A program made the translations under genes and the position numbers. A stretch of DNA of 64,000 nt from Chamaesiphon sp. (GTDB lineage Bacteria > Cyanobacteriota > Cyanobacteriia > Cyanobacteriales > Chamaesiphonaceae): positions 160,001 through 224,000 of the forward strand of contig CBDFFH010000020.1 of the NCBI GenBank assembly GCA_965246715.1. The letters run 5' to 3'. The notes under the pieces were generated by a model that searched no databases, was not told the origin of the DNA, and saw nothing but the letters and a program-made list of their open reading frames with translations. Shown here piece after piece: positions 51,193 through 60,286 of this stretch (positions are counted from its first letter, which is position 1; each line of letters opens with the position of its first letter).

Positions 51193-54150
51193 CTACCTTT
51201 TCTCAATTTTCTCCAAAAACCCCATTGCTTTTTGATATAAATCTATCTGTCCTTGCTGACGAAATAACTCAGCCGCTTTGCTCGTATCTGCAATTGCACC
51301 TTGTTTATTTCCTATAGCATATTTAGCAAGACCCCGATTACCGTAAGCGTAAGCAAATTTAAGATTGAGAGCGATCGCTCGATCGTAATCGGTAATAGCC
51401 TCATGAGTATTTCCTAGAGCAAATTTAGCATCACCCCGATTAAGGTAAGCCCCAGCAAATTTAGGATTGATATTTATGGCTCGATCGAAATCGAGAATTG
51501 CTCCCTGATTATTTCCAAGCTCGAATTTAGCCTTACCCCGATTACTATAGGCTTCAGTATCTTTATAATTTATAGCTATAGCTCGGTCAAAGTCGATAAT
51601 TGCTCCCTGTTTATCGTCGAGCTTATATTTAGCATTACCCCGATTAAAGTAAGCATCAGCAAATTTAGGATTGATATTTATAGCTAGATCGAAATCGAGA
51701 ATTGCTCCCTGATTATTTCCAAGCTCGAATTTAGCCTTACCCCGATTACTATAGGCTTCAGGGTATTTAGGATTGATATTTATAGCTAGATCGAAATCAA
51801 TAATTGCTCCCTGATTATTTCCAAGCTCGGATTTAGCAGCCCCCCGATTACTATAGGCTTCAGTGTATTTAGGATTGAGATAAATCGCCCGATCGTAATC
51901 AATAATTGCTTCCTGTTTATCTCCGAGCTTATATTTAGCATTACCCCGCTTACAGTAAGCATCAGCAAACTTAGGATTAATATCTATAGCTCGGTCAAAA
52001 TCAATAATTGCTTCCTGTTTATTTCCGAGATCGGATTTAGCATTACCCCGATTAAAGTAAGCTCCAGCAAATTTAGGATTGATATTTATGGCTCGGTCAA
52101 AATCAAGAATCGCTCCCTGATTATTTCCAAGATCTAATTTAGCAGCCCCCCGATTGTTGTAAGCGAAGGCTTCTGGCTGTTTATTAATAACTGCACTATA
52201 GATAGCGATTGCCTCTGAATGCTGCTTCTGAGTGCCTAAGAGCCGTGCTTTTTCATTGAGCAAACTCAGGTCATTAGAACCTACTCTAATCGCTACATCG
52301 ATCGCTTTGAGAGCTTCATCATATTTCTCTAAAGCTATTAAAATCAGACTTCTGTATTTCCAAAAATAGTAATATTTGCTATTTTGCTCGGGTGGGATTG
52401 CTATAATAGCTTGAGATATCGCACTTTCTGCTAGTTGATATTTATTAATGTTTCGCAATGATAAAGCTTTTCCATAATTACCTTGTAATTTTTGATTTCT
52501 ATCGATAGCTCTATCAAAAGCTGATGCAGCTTTATCAAATTGACCAGTTCTATAAAGTTGACTTGCATAAGCTAGCCAGCGTTCCCCATTATCTTTTATT
52601 TGAGGTTGAAAAATATTTTGCATTTCCGCAATTACGTTGTCTCGATCTTTTGGACTCAATTCGACTGGATTAGTTTTAACAAATTTTAAAAATTTAGAAT
52701 TGATTCGTAATTTATCCAATAATCCCGTAAAGGTTTGGATCGATATCCCCAGACTATTGAGATCTGTTGATTCTGCTCTACCATGAATACCGATGACATT
52801 TCCTGCCGTATCGAAGACAGGCCCCCCACTCATGCCGCCATAACTAATGCTGCTATAGATGAGATCGTATCCGTTAGAAAATGATTGGTTAGTTTGAGTT
52901 TGCAATTTACCTTGTTCTCGATCGCTAATAATTCCTGGATTGAGTTGCCATTGCCACAAAGGGCTATTAATTTTTTCTCGTCCCGGAAATCCACCGACAA
53001 ATACAAAATCGAAATTATTCTGGCTATACTCGCCCAATTGCGCCACTGGATATTTATTACCACTCTCAAACTTCACTACTGCCAGATCTACCCCTTCAGC
53101 AACGATGCTACTAGTCACACTGCGCCGATCTTGGTCGTAGGTGATAATCTGATGATTGGTATATTTTTGGTTAGTTTCGGGATTTTGCAGCACATGTTTG
53201 GCAGTTAGGACGTAGTAACTATTCCCCTCCTTTGCCACAATTACCCCCGAACCATTCCCGCCACTATTCTCAATCCGCACTGTCATCTGCCGCGCTTTGA
53301 TATTTAGTCTTGCCAGATACCCCGTTGGCGTGACTTGTCGCTCCACCTTGGGCAGATTAGCGTAACCATAGAGGATATCTGCCTTCACATTCGTCAGGAA
53401 ATTGTAGACAGGTATCCCCCAATTAGCACGGGCGTATTGAGCCTTGAGCTTGGCTAGCGGTTTACTCCCATCGTTGTAGGTATAATCGGGCAAAATTGGT
53501 GCCACCCCGACGGTATTAATCCCTAATAAATTCCCCTGAGCATCAAAGATCGCCCCCCCACTCATCCCCTGACGGATGCCTTGTTTCCCTTTGTCAGTAA
53601 CATAACCAATCTGCGTCCCATCATCGAAGGGAATATCCGACAGTTGGGATACTTGTCCACTGGTAATCCTAATCTCCTTGGAGTCAAACGGAAACCCCGC
53701 ACTATAAATTGTCCGCTCTATCGTAAGCGGACTCCCACTAATATTAGATAAATTAGCGAGGGTGTATTTAGTTTTACTGGTAAATTGCAATAGGGCGAGA
53801 TCGTATTTCGAGTCAAAGCCACCGTCGATGGGTGTGGCTTGATACTTTTGCCCATCGGGAGCCTGAATTTCGATTTTAGTAGCGCGTCTAACGACATGGG
53901 CATTAGTCAGAATTAGGTAATTATTCCCCTTCTGGGCAATAATTACTCCCGAACCGCCATTATTGGTAGTGCTGACGCGCACGGTAATATTTTTGGCAGT
54001 TTGTTGGACTTGTTGAGGCGTGAGGGTTGCGTCTGTCAGATCGGCTTGGGCGATGCGAGTGGTGGGTTGTGAGGTACTACTTACAGCAGAGATGTTTGCT
54101 GGGATGTAGATAGTGGTTAGCAACAGAGCGGTGAAGAGCGTTTTGTTCAT
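51193..54150 (-). CDS. Secreted tandem trypsin-like protease + TPR protein
   Basis: Close paralog of 37999..40428 with a longer TPR array; likely start MNKTLF at 54150. Confidence 0.9.
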   Translation of the reverse strand: MNKTLFTALLLTTIYIPANISAVSSTSQPTTRIAQADLTDATLTPQQVQQTAKNITVRVSTTNNGGSGVIIAQKGNNYLILTNAHVVRRATKIEIQAPDGQKYQATPIDGGFDSKYDLALLQFTSKTKYTLANLSNISGSPLTIERTIYSAGFPFDSKEIRITSGQVSQLSDIPFDDGTQIGYVTDKGKQGIRQGMSGGAIFDAQGNLLGINTVGVAPILPDYTYNDGSKPLAKLKAQYARANWGIPVYNFLTNVKADILYGYANLPKVERQVTPTGYLARLNIKARQMTVRIENSGGNGSGVIVAKEGNSYYVLTAKHVLQNPETNQKYTNHQIITYDQDRRSVTSSIVAEGVDLAVVKFESGNKYPVAQLGEYSQNNFDFVFVGGFPGREKINSPLWQWQLNPGIISDREQGKLQTQTNQSFSNGYDLIYSSISYGGMSGGPVFDTAGNVIGIHGRAESTDLNSLGISIQTFTGLLDKLRINSKFLKFVKTNPVELSPKDRDNVIAEMQNIFQPQIKDNGERWLAYASQLYRTGQFDKAASAFDRAIDRNQKLQGNYGKALSLRNINKYQLAESAISQAIIAIPPEQNSKYYYFWKYRSLILIALEKYDEALKAIDVAIRVGSNDLSLLNEKARLLGTQKQHSEAIAIYSAVINKQPEAFAYNNRGAAKLDLGNNQGAILDFDRAININPKFAGAYFNRGNAKSDLGNKQEAIIDFDRAIDINPKFADAYCKRGNAKYKLGDKQEAIIDYDRAIYLNPKYTEAYSNRGAAKSELGNNQGAIIDFDLAININPKYPEAYSNRGKAKFELGNNQGAILDFDLAININPKFADAYFNRGNAKYKLDDKQGAIIDFDRAIAINYKDTEAYSNRGKAKFELGNNQGAILDFDRAININPKFAGAYLNRGDAKFALGNTHEAITDYDRAIALNLKFAYAYGNRGLAKYAIGNKQGAIADTSKAAELFRQQGQIDLYQKAMGFLEKIEKR

Positions 54151-54306
54151 AGAGTTAGCTTCGGGGCGGTAAAATTTGCGTTGTGTGAGTAGTCGATCGA
54201 GTTTAGTTGCTGACAATTCTCGATCGGGTAACTCGATCGATAATATGCAGGTTTTAGAAAAGAAATTTTGGTGGGAATTCGAGCATCATCGATTCAAGGA
54301 TCGTCC

Positions 54307-55716
54307 CTACCTCAATCGCGCTTGCACAAAAGTATCAATCCTACTCAATCCCGCTCCCCCTGGTTTAAATCTAAATTGCCACTGAGTCTCCACTAGATCG
54401 ATAAATCCCGCAACAACGCTCGATTTTGGCGTAGTTGCAATTACCGATGTCAACAGATCTATTGCTAGTTCGACATAATAAACCTCACACTGCGATTCGA
54501 TATACTTGCCGTAGCCATCCAGCATCTCGATCGAGATTTGAGTAGTTGCAGGCAACTTGTGGTAGCTAAGATAGAACTCCTGCGCTAACTTAGCAATCTG
54601 CCGATCGTGTCTGTGTCCGATCGTAGTTTGATGGCAGTCTAATTCCAGCCCCGCCTCATCCTGAGTCAATCTCAAGCCATAGAGCAAGAATAAGATCCAA
54701 TCTGCCAATCTTGCCTTTGTTAACTTACGATCGGCTGGAGTTGCGGTTGTGCCTATAAGTGAATTTTTGCCAAGTAAATCCAGTGCTAGTTCTCGCGGTT
54801 CGCAATCTTCGAGCGACACACTCACGCGCGCATCGGCAACAAGATCGCCTAAAGTCCCCAACTCATCATCATTACTCAAAGGTGCATCTAGCGATCGCGG
54901 GATTTGCTGTCGATCGTTCCGAATCATATTGCCCAGATCTGCAAGTAACTCCTTCACTACCTCGCGTTGGCGTAGCCTCTCCCCTGGAGAATCGACAATT
55001 TCTAGATCCGTCACCTGCCTACACTCTTGATATCGAGCTAATAACGCCTCGTAATGAACTGCTTGAGGAGCGTTAGTCACAAATTGGTTGGCTACCACCA
55101 CTTCCTGAAAACATTGGTGCAACAATAGCAATCCTTCCAGCCGCTCTCCCCTTTCTCCCAACTGTTTGAGGCAAGTTTCGAGCTGCGAGGGGCTACAACG
55201 ACTTAATAAGCCCAGATTAGTCCGTTTAAAATCATCTCCTGCTAGCTTTCGCAATTCATCAATCAGGGATTTGCGAAACTTGTTGTGACTATACCGACTC
55301 AAACTCCCATACCAATCTAGCTGCGGCTGAAAATTCCGTAAGAACTTCGATGGGTGGCTGATAATAACCAGACTAATCTGATAGACATCCCGCAATTCCG
55401 TCCCCTGAAAGTGACACTTTAAAAGTTCCACCATGCTAACGAGCCGTACCTTCCGCTCTGAGAATAGGATATGGGAGAGAAAAGCTGTCATCGAGCCACT
55501 TAGGTTCTGCTCTGGCAGAGTGTAATACTGGCGAGCGAGATTCAAATTTTGAACTTCCTCAACCAAAATCCGTGCGGCTGCGAGTATTTGAATCGGTAGA
55601 TATTCATCCGGTATCCGCTGGTAAATATAGCGTCTGAGCCTGGGATCGATCTGCCACCTCAGATATGGATGATGCTCGATCGATTCAGGGATCTGGTAAA
55701 AGTGTTGGCGATCCAT
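54307..55716 (-). CDS. Cyanobacterial sigma-70-like factor with in-frame micro-element
   Basis: W..DPRLRR N-terminus, SLDAPL (region 3) and region 4 HTH LYGLRLTQDEAGLELDCHQTTIGHR; linked to DUF1822/CHAT. Confidence 0.6.
   Translation of the reverse strand: MDRQHFYQIPESIEHHPYLRWQIDPRLRRYIYQRIPDEYLPIQILAAARILVEEVQNLNLARQYYTLPEQNLSGSMTAFLSHILFSERKVRLVSMVELLKCHFQGTELRDVYQISLVIISHPSKFLRNFQPQLDWYGSLSRYSHNKFRKSLIDELRKLAGDDFKRTNLGLLSRCSPSQLETCLKQLGERGERLEGLLLLHQCFQEVVVANQFVTNAPQAVHYEALLARYQECRQVTDLEIVDSPGERLRQREVVKELLADLGNMIRNDRQQIPRSLDAPLSNDDELGTLGDLVADARVSVSLEDCEPRELALDLLGKNSLIGTTATPADRKLTKARLADWILFLLYGLRLTQDEAGLELDCHQTTIGHRHDRQIAKLAQEFYLSYHKLPATTQISIEMLDGYGKYIESQCEVYYVELAIDLLTSVIATTPKSSVVAGFIDLVETQWQFRFKPGGAGLSRIDTFVQARLR
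54967..54990 (-). mobile_element. 24-nt micro-element, in frame
   Basis: CGAT+TCTCCAGGGGAGAGGCTACGCCAA+CG (encodes SPGERLRQ). Confidence 0.8.
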
Positions 55717-55765
55717 TGGTTGAGACGAGTATTTTTTGTAGCTAGATATTTATTCTAGCTACAAC

Positions 55766-56725
55766 TTACAATCGAGGACTAAAGATACTTAAATTAAATA
55801 CTTGAGCCAATCGTTCGAGGATAAATAAGCTGGCAATAGAGTTACCAGCTAGATTTAATGGTGGACTATAAACAGCGATTGCGCCTTCGCCTAGAACGAT
55901 CGCCAATACGCAGCCGCTGACACTGGATTTCAATGGCAGCCCGATCGAGACGCTATAGATGCCAGATTCTTCATACATGCCGCAAGTTAACATCAGGGCA
56001 TTTACTACTTGTAAATCGCTTGCGGGCAGATGATACTGGGGACTGGCAAGTAACAATCCCAGTTTTCCCAGATCTTCAATCGTTCCAGAAAGACAACAAA
56101 CTCGTTCGTAAACATCTAAGGTTTTAGCGATTGCTGGTGCGGGTAGTGAACCGTGCGAATCTAAATATCCCCCGCGATGTAATAAATGAGCGATCGCTTG
56201 ATTGATGGTATTGGGAGACGATCTGACTGATGCGAGCATGTCTAGATCCAAGCTAATTTGGCTACCTGCAAGTTGGTTCAACCAGTCGCAGAAAGTTTGA
56301 CAACAGTTCGATGCCGTATCCCCAGGTAACAGAGCCGCAAGCGCGATCGCCCCACTATTAATCATGGGATTGCGCGGTTTATATCGATCGATTTCTAACT
56401 GAGCTAGGCTATTGTAGGGGCGATCGCTCGGTGTTTTGCCCACACGCTCGAATACCAAATCGCGATCGGACTGCTGTAATAAATACAGTAATACGAAAGG
56501 TTTGATTAAACTCATTAATGGAAAGCGGAATGTCTCCGCTCCAGCAGATGAAAGAATTTCTCCATTAACTCGATGTACTTGAATTGCTAGCTCGAAACGA
56601 CGCTTGGGATCGGCTAGTAGAGGAATATATGTTGGTAATTCGCCTGCTGTTTCTACTATCGATCGAGATTCAGTTAGCAAGTCATTAAGTTGTGCTAGAT
56701 CGAGTGCTGCTAATCTTTTAGACAT
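55766..56725 (-). CDS. glsA: Glutaminase
   Basis: YIP.LA, MSLIK (SxxK), PRNPMINSGAI, TCGMYE.SG and GLPLKSSVSG. Confidence 0.85.
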   Translation of the reverse strand: MSKRLAALDLAQLNDLLTESRSIVETAGELPTYIPLLADPKRRFELAIQVHRVNGEILSSAGAETFRFPLMSLIKPFVLLYLLQQSDRDLVFERVGKTPSDRPYNSLAQLEIDRYKPRNPMINSGAIALAALLPGDTASNCCQTFCDWLNQLAGSQISLDLDMLASVRSSPNTINQAIAHLLHRGGYLDSHGSLPAPAIAKTLDVYERVCCLSGTIEDLGKLGLLLASPQYHLPASDLQVVNALMLTCGMYEESGIYSVSIGLPLKSSVSGCVLAIVLGEGAIAVYSPPLNLAGNSIASLFILERLAQVFNLSIFSPRL

Positions 56726-56761
56726 TGAGGCTATATAAGGGTTGAGATGAATGATGTTTAA

Positions 56762-57658
56762 TCATGCAGTTTCCAAGAGCGACTGTTGTTTTTTTGTGAA
56801 TGTCATTGCAATCCCTTTCTCTATATATGCTGCTTCATTTATAAAGATTGGGAAAACCGTCTCTTCACCTCGATAGAGAATCGAATCGCCAGTAAATGTC
56901 AAAAACATCGGATCGCCCGATCGCAATGCTTGATAATCTTGAGACTGGAGTTGTGGATGAACCATCGCTTGGATCTCGCCTGATGAATTGCGGGGATAAT
57001 CGATCGAGGAAATTGACTGATAATATGTCAAATAGGGTGCTACAGGCAGCGATTTTCCAAGATTTTGCGCGTCGATATAATCCAAAATGGCATGAACTAG
57101 CATTTCGGTTTTTTGGAACAAATCCGCATTGAGAACTCCTTGAGGTACAGCCCCAACTTCGATCGTACAACCCAATGGGGAGAGCGATCGTAGCATTGGA
57201 TCGTTTTGGCTGCACTCAATTCCACAGACAACTCGTACATCGGGATGCAGCGTACTTAAATACGCACCCAATCTCATGTTAAAAGGGTGTCTGCTCGATG
57301 GCAGAATTGTTAAACCCATATTTGAGGTAGTGCTATGGAGATCGATAATTACGTCGCGATTAGATCGGGTTTTGGAGCCGAGCTGTATGGCGATTTCCTT
57401 AGCACGAACGTTCTCATAGCCAGTTAAATCTAAATTACTTAAATCCTCATTCCCAAAGCAGCGGTTTAAATCTCGATCGATATAACGTCTATTGACTGCG
57501 ACTGCTTGGGGATTGGCAATTACTGTTTGGCATTCAAAGCTTTTTCGCCGCAGCAGTTCGGGGAACTGCTGGAATTTTTTCACCAGGTAAATACCAGTTA
57601 GCTCATTGCCGTGAGTTCCACCCACAACAGCGACTTTTCCGATTGATTCTGACATCAT
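56762..57658 (-). CDS. Aspartoacylase
   Basis: GGTHGNE, RYIDRDLNRCF, DLHSTT and FINEAAY.EK. Confidence 0.88.
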   Translation of the reverse strand: MMSESIGKVAVVGGTHGNELTGIYLVKKFQQFPELLRRKSFECQTVIANPQAVAVNRRYIDRDLNRCFGNEDLSNLDLTGYENVRAKEIAIQLGSKTRSNRDVIIDLHSTTSNMGLTILPSSRHPFNMRLGAYLSTLHPDVRVVCGIECSQNDPMLRSLSPLGCTIEVGAVPQGVLNADLFQKTEMLVHAILDYIDAQNLGKSLPVAPYLTYYQSISSIDYPRNSSGEIQAMVHPQLQSQDYQALRSGDPMFLTFTGDSILYRGEETVFPIFINEAAYIEKGIAMTFTKKQQSLLETA

Positions 57659-57795
57659 GAACGTATCCTTTTAGGAATAGTGACTTCTAAATCTCAAATC
57701 TTTGAAACCATGTTTCTCACGATACGTTGACTCACTCCATATGTCTAAGTCTTATTTAAGCATGTTACTGTATGTAAAAAATATATTACTCGCAG

Positions 57796-58692
57796 ATGGA
57801 ACTCGAACTTCGCCACCTTCGCTACTTTGTTGCAGTTGCTGAGGAATTAAGCTTCACCCGTGCAGCAGCGCATTTACATATGACTCAACCACCTCTAAGC
57901 CAGCAAATTCAAGCTTTAGAGGATAAATTGTTGGGTGTAAAGCTATTCGATCGCAAACCTCAACTCAAGCTAACTCAAGCGGGACTAGCATTTTTAGAAG
58001 ATGCTCGATTGACATTGGCAACTGTCGATCGAGTGGTACACAAAACACAACGCATCCATCAAGGTGAATTAGGATATTTGGTAGTAGGTTTTACTAGTTC
58101 TATGGCTAATGGTGTTTTGCCCGATATTTTGCAAACTTTTCACCAAAAGTATCCAGAGGTAAAATTGACCTTACTTGAGATTAATAGTGCAGTTCAAATT
58201 GACAGCTTACGCAATCAGCTTGCGGATATTGTTTTTGTCTATCGAGAGGGTCAAATTAGCCAAGATCGAGATCTAACTGCGCTTCAACTCGTCACAGAAT
58301 CACTGGTTGTGGTTTTACCCGAACATCATCGACTTACCGAGAAATCTGAGATCGAGATCTCCGATTTAGCAGGTGAAGAATTTATTATGCCACTTCCTCA
58401 GCTTGAAGCTGGCTTGTTTCCTCAAATTCAGAAAATATTTTTACAAGCCGAAGTTATGCCTAATGTCGTTCAAAAAGCTTTGTTCACGGTGACGATTTTG
58501 GGTTTAGTTGCAGGTGGAATTGGAATTAGTATTTTGCCGTTTAGCGTTCAAAACTTGCAACGCAAAGGTGTAGTTTATCGCCCGCTAGCTACACAAACTA
58601 TCGCCCACCAATTAACCGCTGTTTGGCGATCCGATAATTATTCAGCGATCTTGTCAAAATTTGTTGAAGTTATTCAAGAAATAGGCTGTTGA
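57796..58692 (+). CDS. LysR family regulator, divergent from aspartoacylase-glutaminase
   Basis: ELRHLRYFVAVAEELSFTRAAAHLHMTQPPLSQQI. Confidence 0.93.
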   Translation: MELELRHLRYFVAVAEELSFTRAAAHLHMTQPPLSQQIQALEDKLLGVKLFDRKPQLKLTQAGLAFLEDARLTLATVDRVVHKTQRIHQGELGYLVVGFTSSMANGVLPDILQTFHQKYPEVKLTLLEINSAVQIDSLRNQLADIVFVYREGQISQDRDLTALQLVTESLVVVLPEHHRLTEKSEIEISDLAGEEFIMPLPQLEAGLFPQIQKIFLQAEVMPNVVQKALFTVTILGLVAGGIGISILPFSVQNLQRKGVVYRPLATQTIAHQLTAVWRSDNYSAILSKFVEVIQEIGC

Positions 58693-58925
58693 TTGACTTT
58701 ATTAACTTTGAAAAATTGACTATAAATGATATTTAGGGGATCTGGCGATGTTTTCGTGAGATACATCGCTGGAGAGTAATTATCCTCTACTGCCAGTGTA
58801 TCGATTACATCGTCATCTCTGCATATTCCTGTTCCTCCTCCTGTTCCATCTCCTGTTTTGGGGCTATTACAAATACCTCCATCTCTATCTCTGGGGCGTG
58901 GGTACTTGCTTCGTATATTCCCGCC

Positions 58926-58962
58926 GTTACAACCCTCATCAGCCTAAAATAACTGATGTCAC
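58926..58962 (-). CRISPR. Solitary 37-nt type I-C-like repeat directly after cas7
   Basis: GTGACATCAGTTATTTTAGGCTGATGAGGGTTGTAAC; hairpin plus 11-nt 3' tail; 17 nt identical to the repeats at 62354 and 62406. Confidence 0.8.
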
Positions 58963-58978
58963 TATGATTTACTCTTAT

Positions 58979-59839
58979 TTAAGCTAACTTATTAATAATT
59001 GGTGGATATTGAGTTTGCAGTCCTGCGATCGCATCACTCAGTCGAGTTAAGATTACACCTTCGGGAGCAGTACTTAAATCGATGCTATGAGTCTGTGTGT
59101 GCTCATCAACATTAACACTGACTAAATTAGAGATCTTATTCAATTGAGCATTACCGTAAGGAGTACTATGTGTCGCCACGACACATTCAATCAAATCCCA
59201 TTCACCCCGCTGTAAACTGGCTGTTTGCATTGCATGGTGCCATAGACAAATTAGCCATTGCCCCATATATTCAGCATCGATAATATTATTACGTTGCTTG
59301 TTAATGCAAGCATTAAATGTTCCTGTACCCTTGGTAACTACCCAATCAATATAAGAAGCATTACCCATCGTGCGATTCCCTTTGGAGTTAGTTGTTGCAC
59401 TGGTGACGGCTTGTTCGATCGGCGAAGGGATATTGATTGAAACAGATGGATAGAGTCGATAAATTCCGCGAAAGCCTGTATCAATTACTTCTTTTTTATC
59501 TTTGCCAAAACTGGCGAATAATCCACCATTGCCACGCCTATCCCAATAATCTCCCATCAGATCGGCTGGAGTCTTTTTATCTTTGATATATTTCTGCTGG
59601 ATATCATCTAAATTATTGCCACTATGATATAAATTACTGACACCATATAATAGTTCCGCCGTTTGGTTAATGCGGTTACTCATACTCGTTGGGGTAGCAT
59701 AAATATGGCTATTGGGAAGCTGACGTGGTGCATTTCCAGCATTGGGATCGCCATTTGGATTACAGATGCGTCCTTCCATAATCATCACGTAGTCATGGCG
59801 GACAGAGGGATTGGTAACAATCGTCGTTGGATTAGACAT
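58979..59839 (-). CDS. cas7: Cas7, type I-C-like (Csd2), divergent
   Basis: RHDY, NPNGDPNAGNAPRQ, RTMG and S..RG motifs; third gene of the cas5-cas8-cas7 operon. Confidence 0.85.
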   Translation of the reverse strand: MSNPTTIVTNPSVRHDYVMIMEGRICNPNGDPNAGNAPRQLPNSHIYATPTSMSNRINQTAELLYGVSNLYHSGNNLDDIQQKYIKDKKTPADLMGDYWDRRGNGGLFASFGKDKKEVIDTGFRGIYRLYPSVSINIPSPIEQAVTSATTNSKGNRTMGNASYIDWVVTKGTGTFNACINKQRNNIIDAEYMGQWLICLWHHAMQTASLQRGEWDLIECVVATHSTPYGNAQLNKISNLVSVNVDEHTQTHSIDLSTAPEGVILTRLSDAIAGLQTQYPPIINKLA

Positions 59840-59893
59840 AGTTGGTAATTATTGAGATAAAGATGATTAGGTATTTTTGTCTGTGGTTGGCAA

Positions 59894-60286
59894 TTATTCG
59901 GATGTTTTTCCGACAGTAGCAGTGCGCCTTGCTTCCTGAAATTGGCTGATTCCCAGAGCTAAGAAAAAGGCTTGTTCGTCAGTCCAGCGTTTAGGTGGAG
60001 AAGCATTGGGGCAATCTTCTCCAAGTTCAGAGAAAGTTTTGTCGTACCAAACAGCTTTATCCGGTCTTGCGGCTAAGTAGGGAATAACTTTGGTGATGAT
60101 TTGGGCAAAGCCCTGTGCTGGAGAACTGAAGAGAGTTTGACGATAAGAATCAAGGGGATCTTTCCACCCTTCTCCTGGTGCCGCACTACGGGCAGCATAA
60201 TAATAAGACATGGTTTTGCAAGCAGCAAAAACTCGTCCGACATGCCATGCAAATAAATTATCTGGTGTTGTTTCTGGTTTCATCAT
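59894..60286 (-). CDS. cas11: Putative internally translated Cas11 (130 aa) within cas8c
   Basis: GAAGG RBS 7 nt before an in-frame ATGATG that precedes the ..N..AWHVGRVFA helical domain. Confidence 0.6.
   Translation of the reverse strand: MMKPETTPDNLFAWHVGRVFAACKTMSYYYAARSAAPGEGWKDPLDSYRQTLFSSPAQGFAQIITKVIPYLAARPDKAVWYDKTFSELGEDCPNASPPKRWTDEQAFFLALGISQFQEARRTATVGKTSE

Noticed and set aside
56129..56163. Possible eighth micro-element in glutaminase (SHGSLPAPA)
   Set aside because: Looks like an insertion but lacks the CGAT..CG flanks and double-hairpin pattern
58866..58905. Degenerate second repeat after the solitary repeat (..GATGGAGGTATTTGTAAT on minus)
   Set aside because: Only loose 3' similarity, no hairpin and wrong length; cannot be supported
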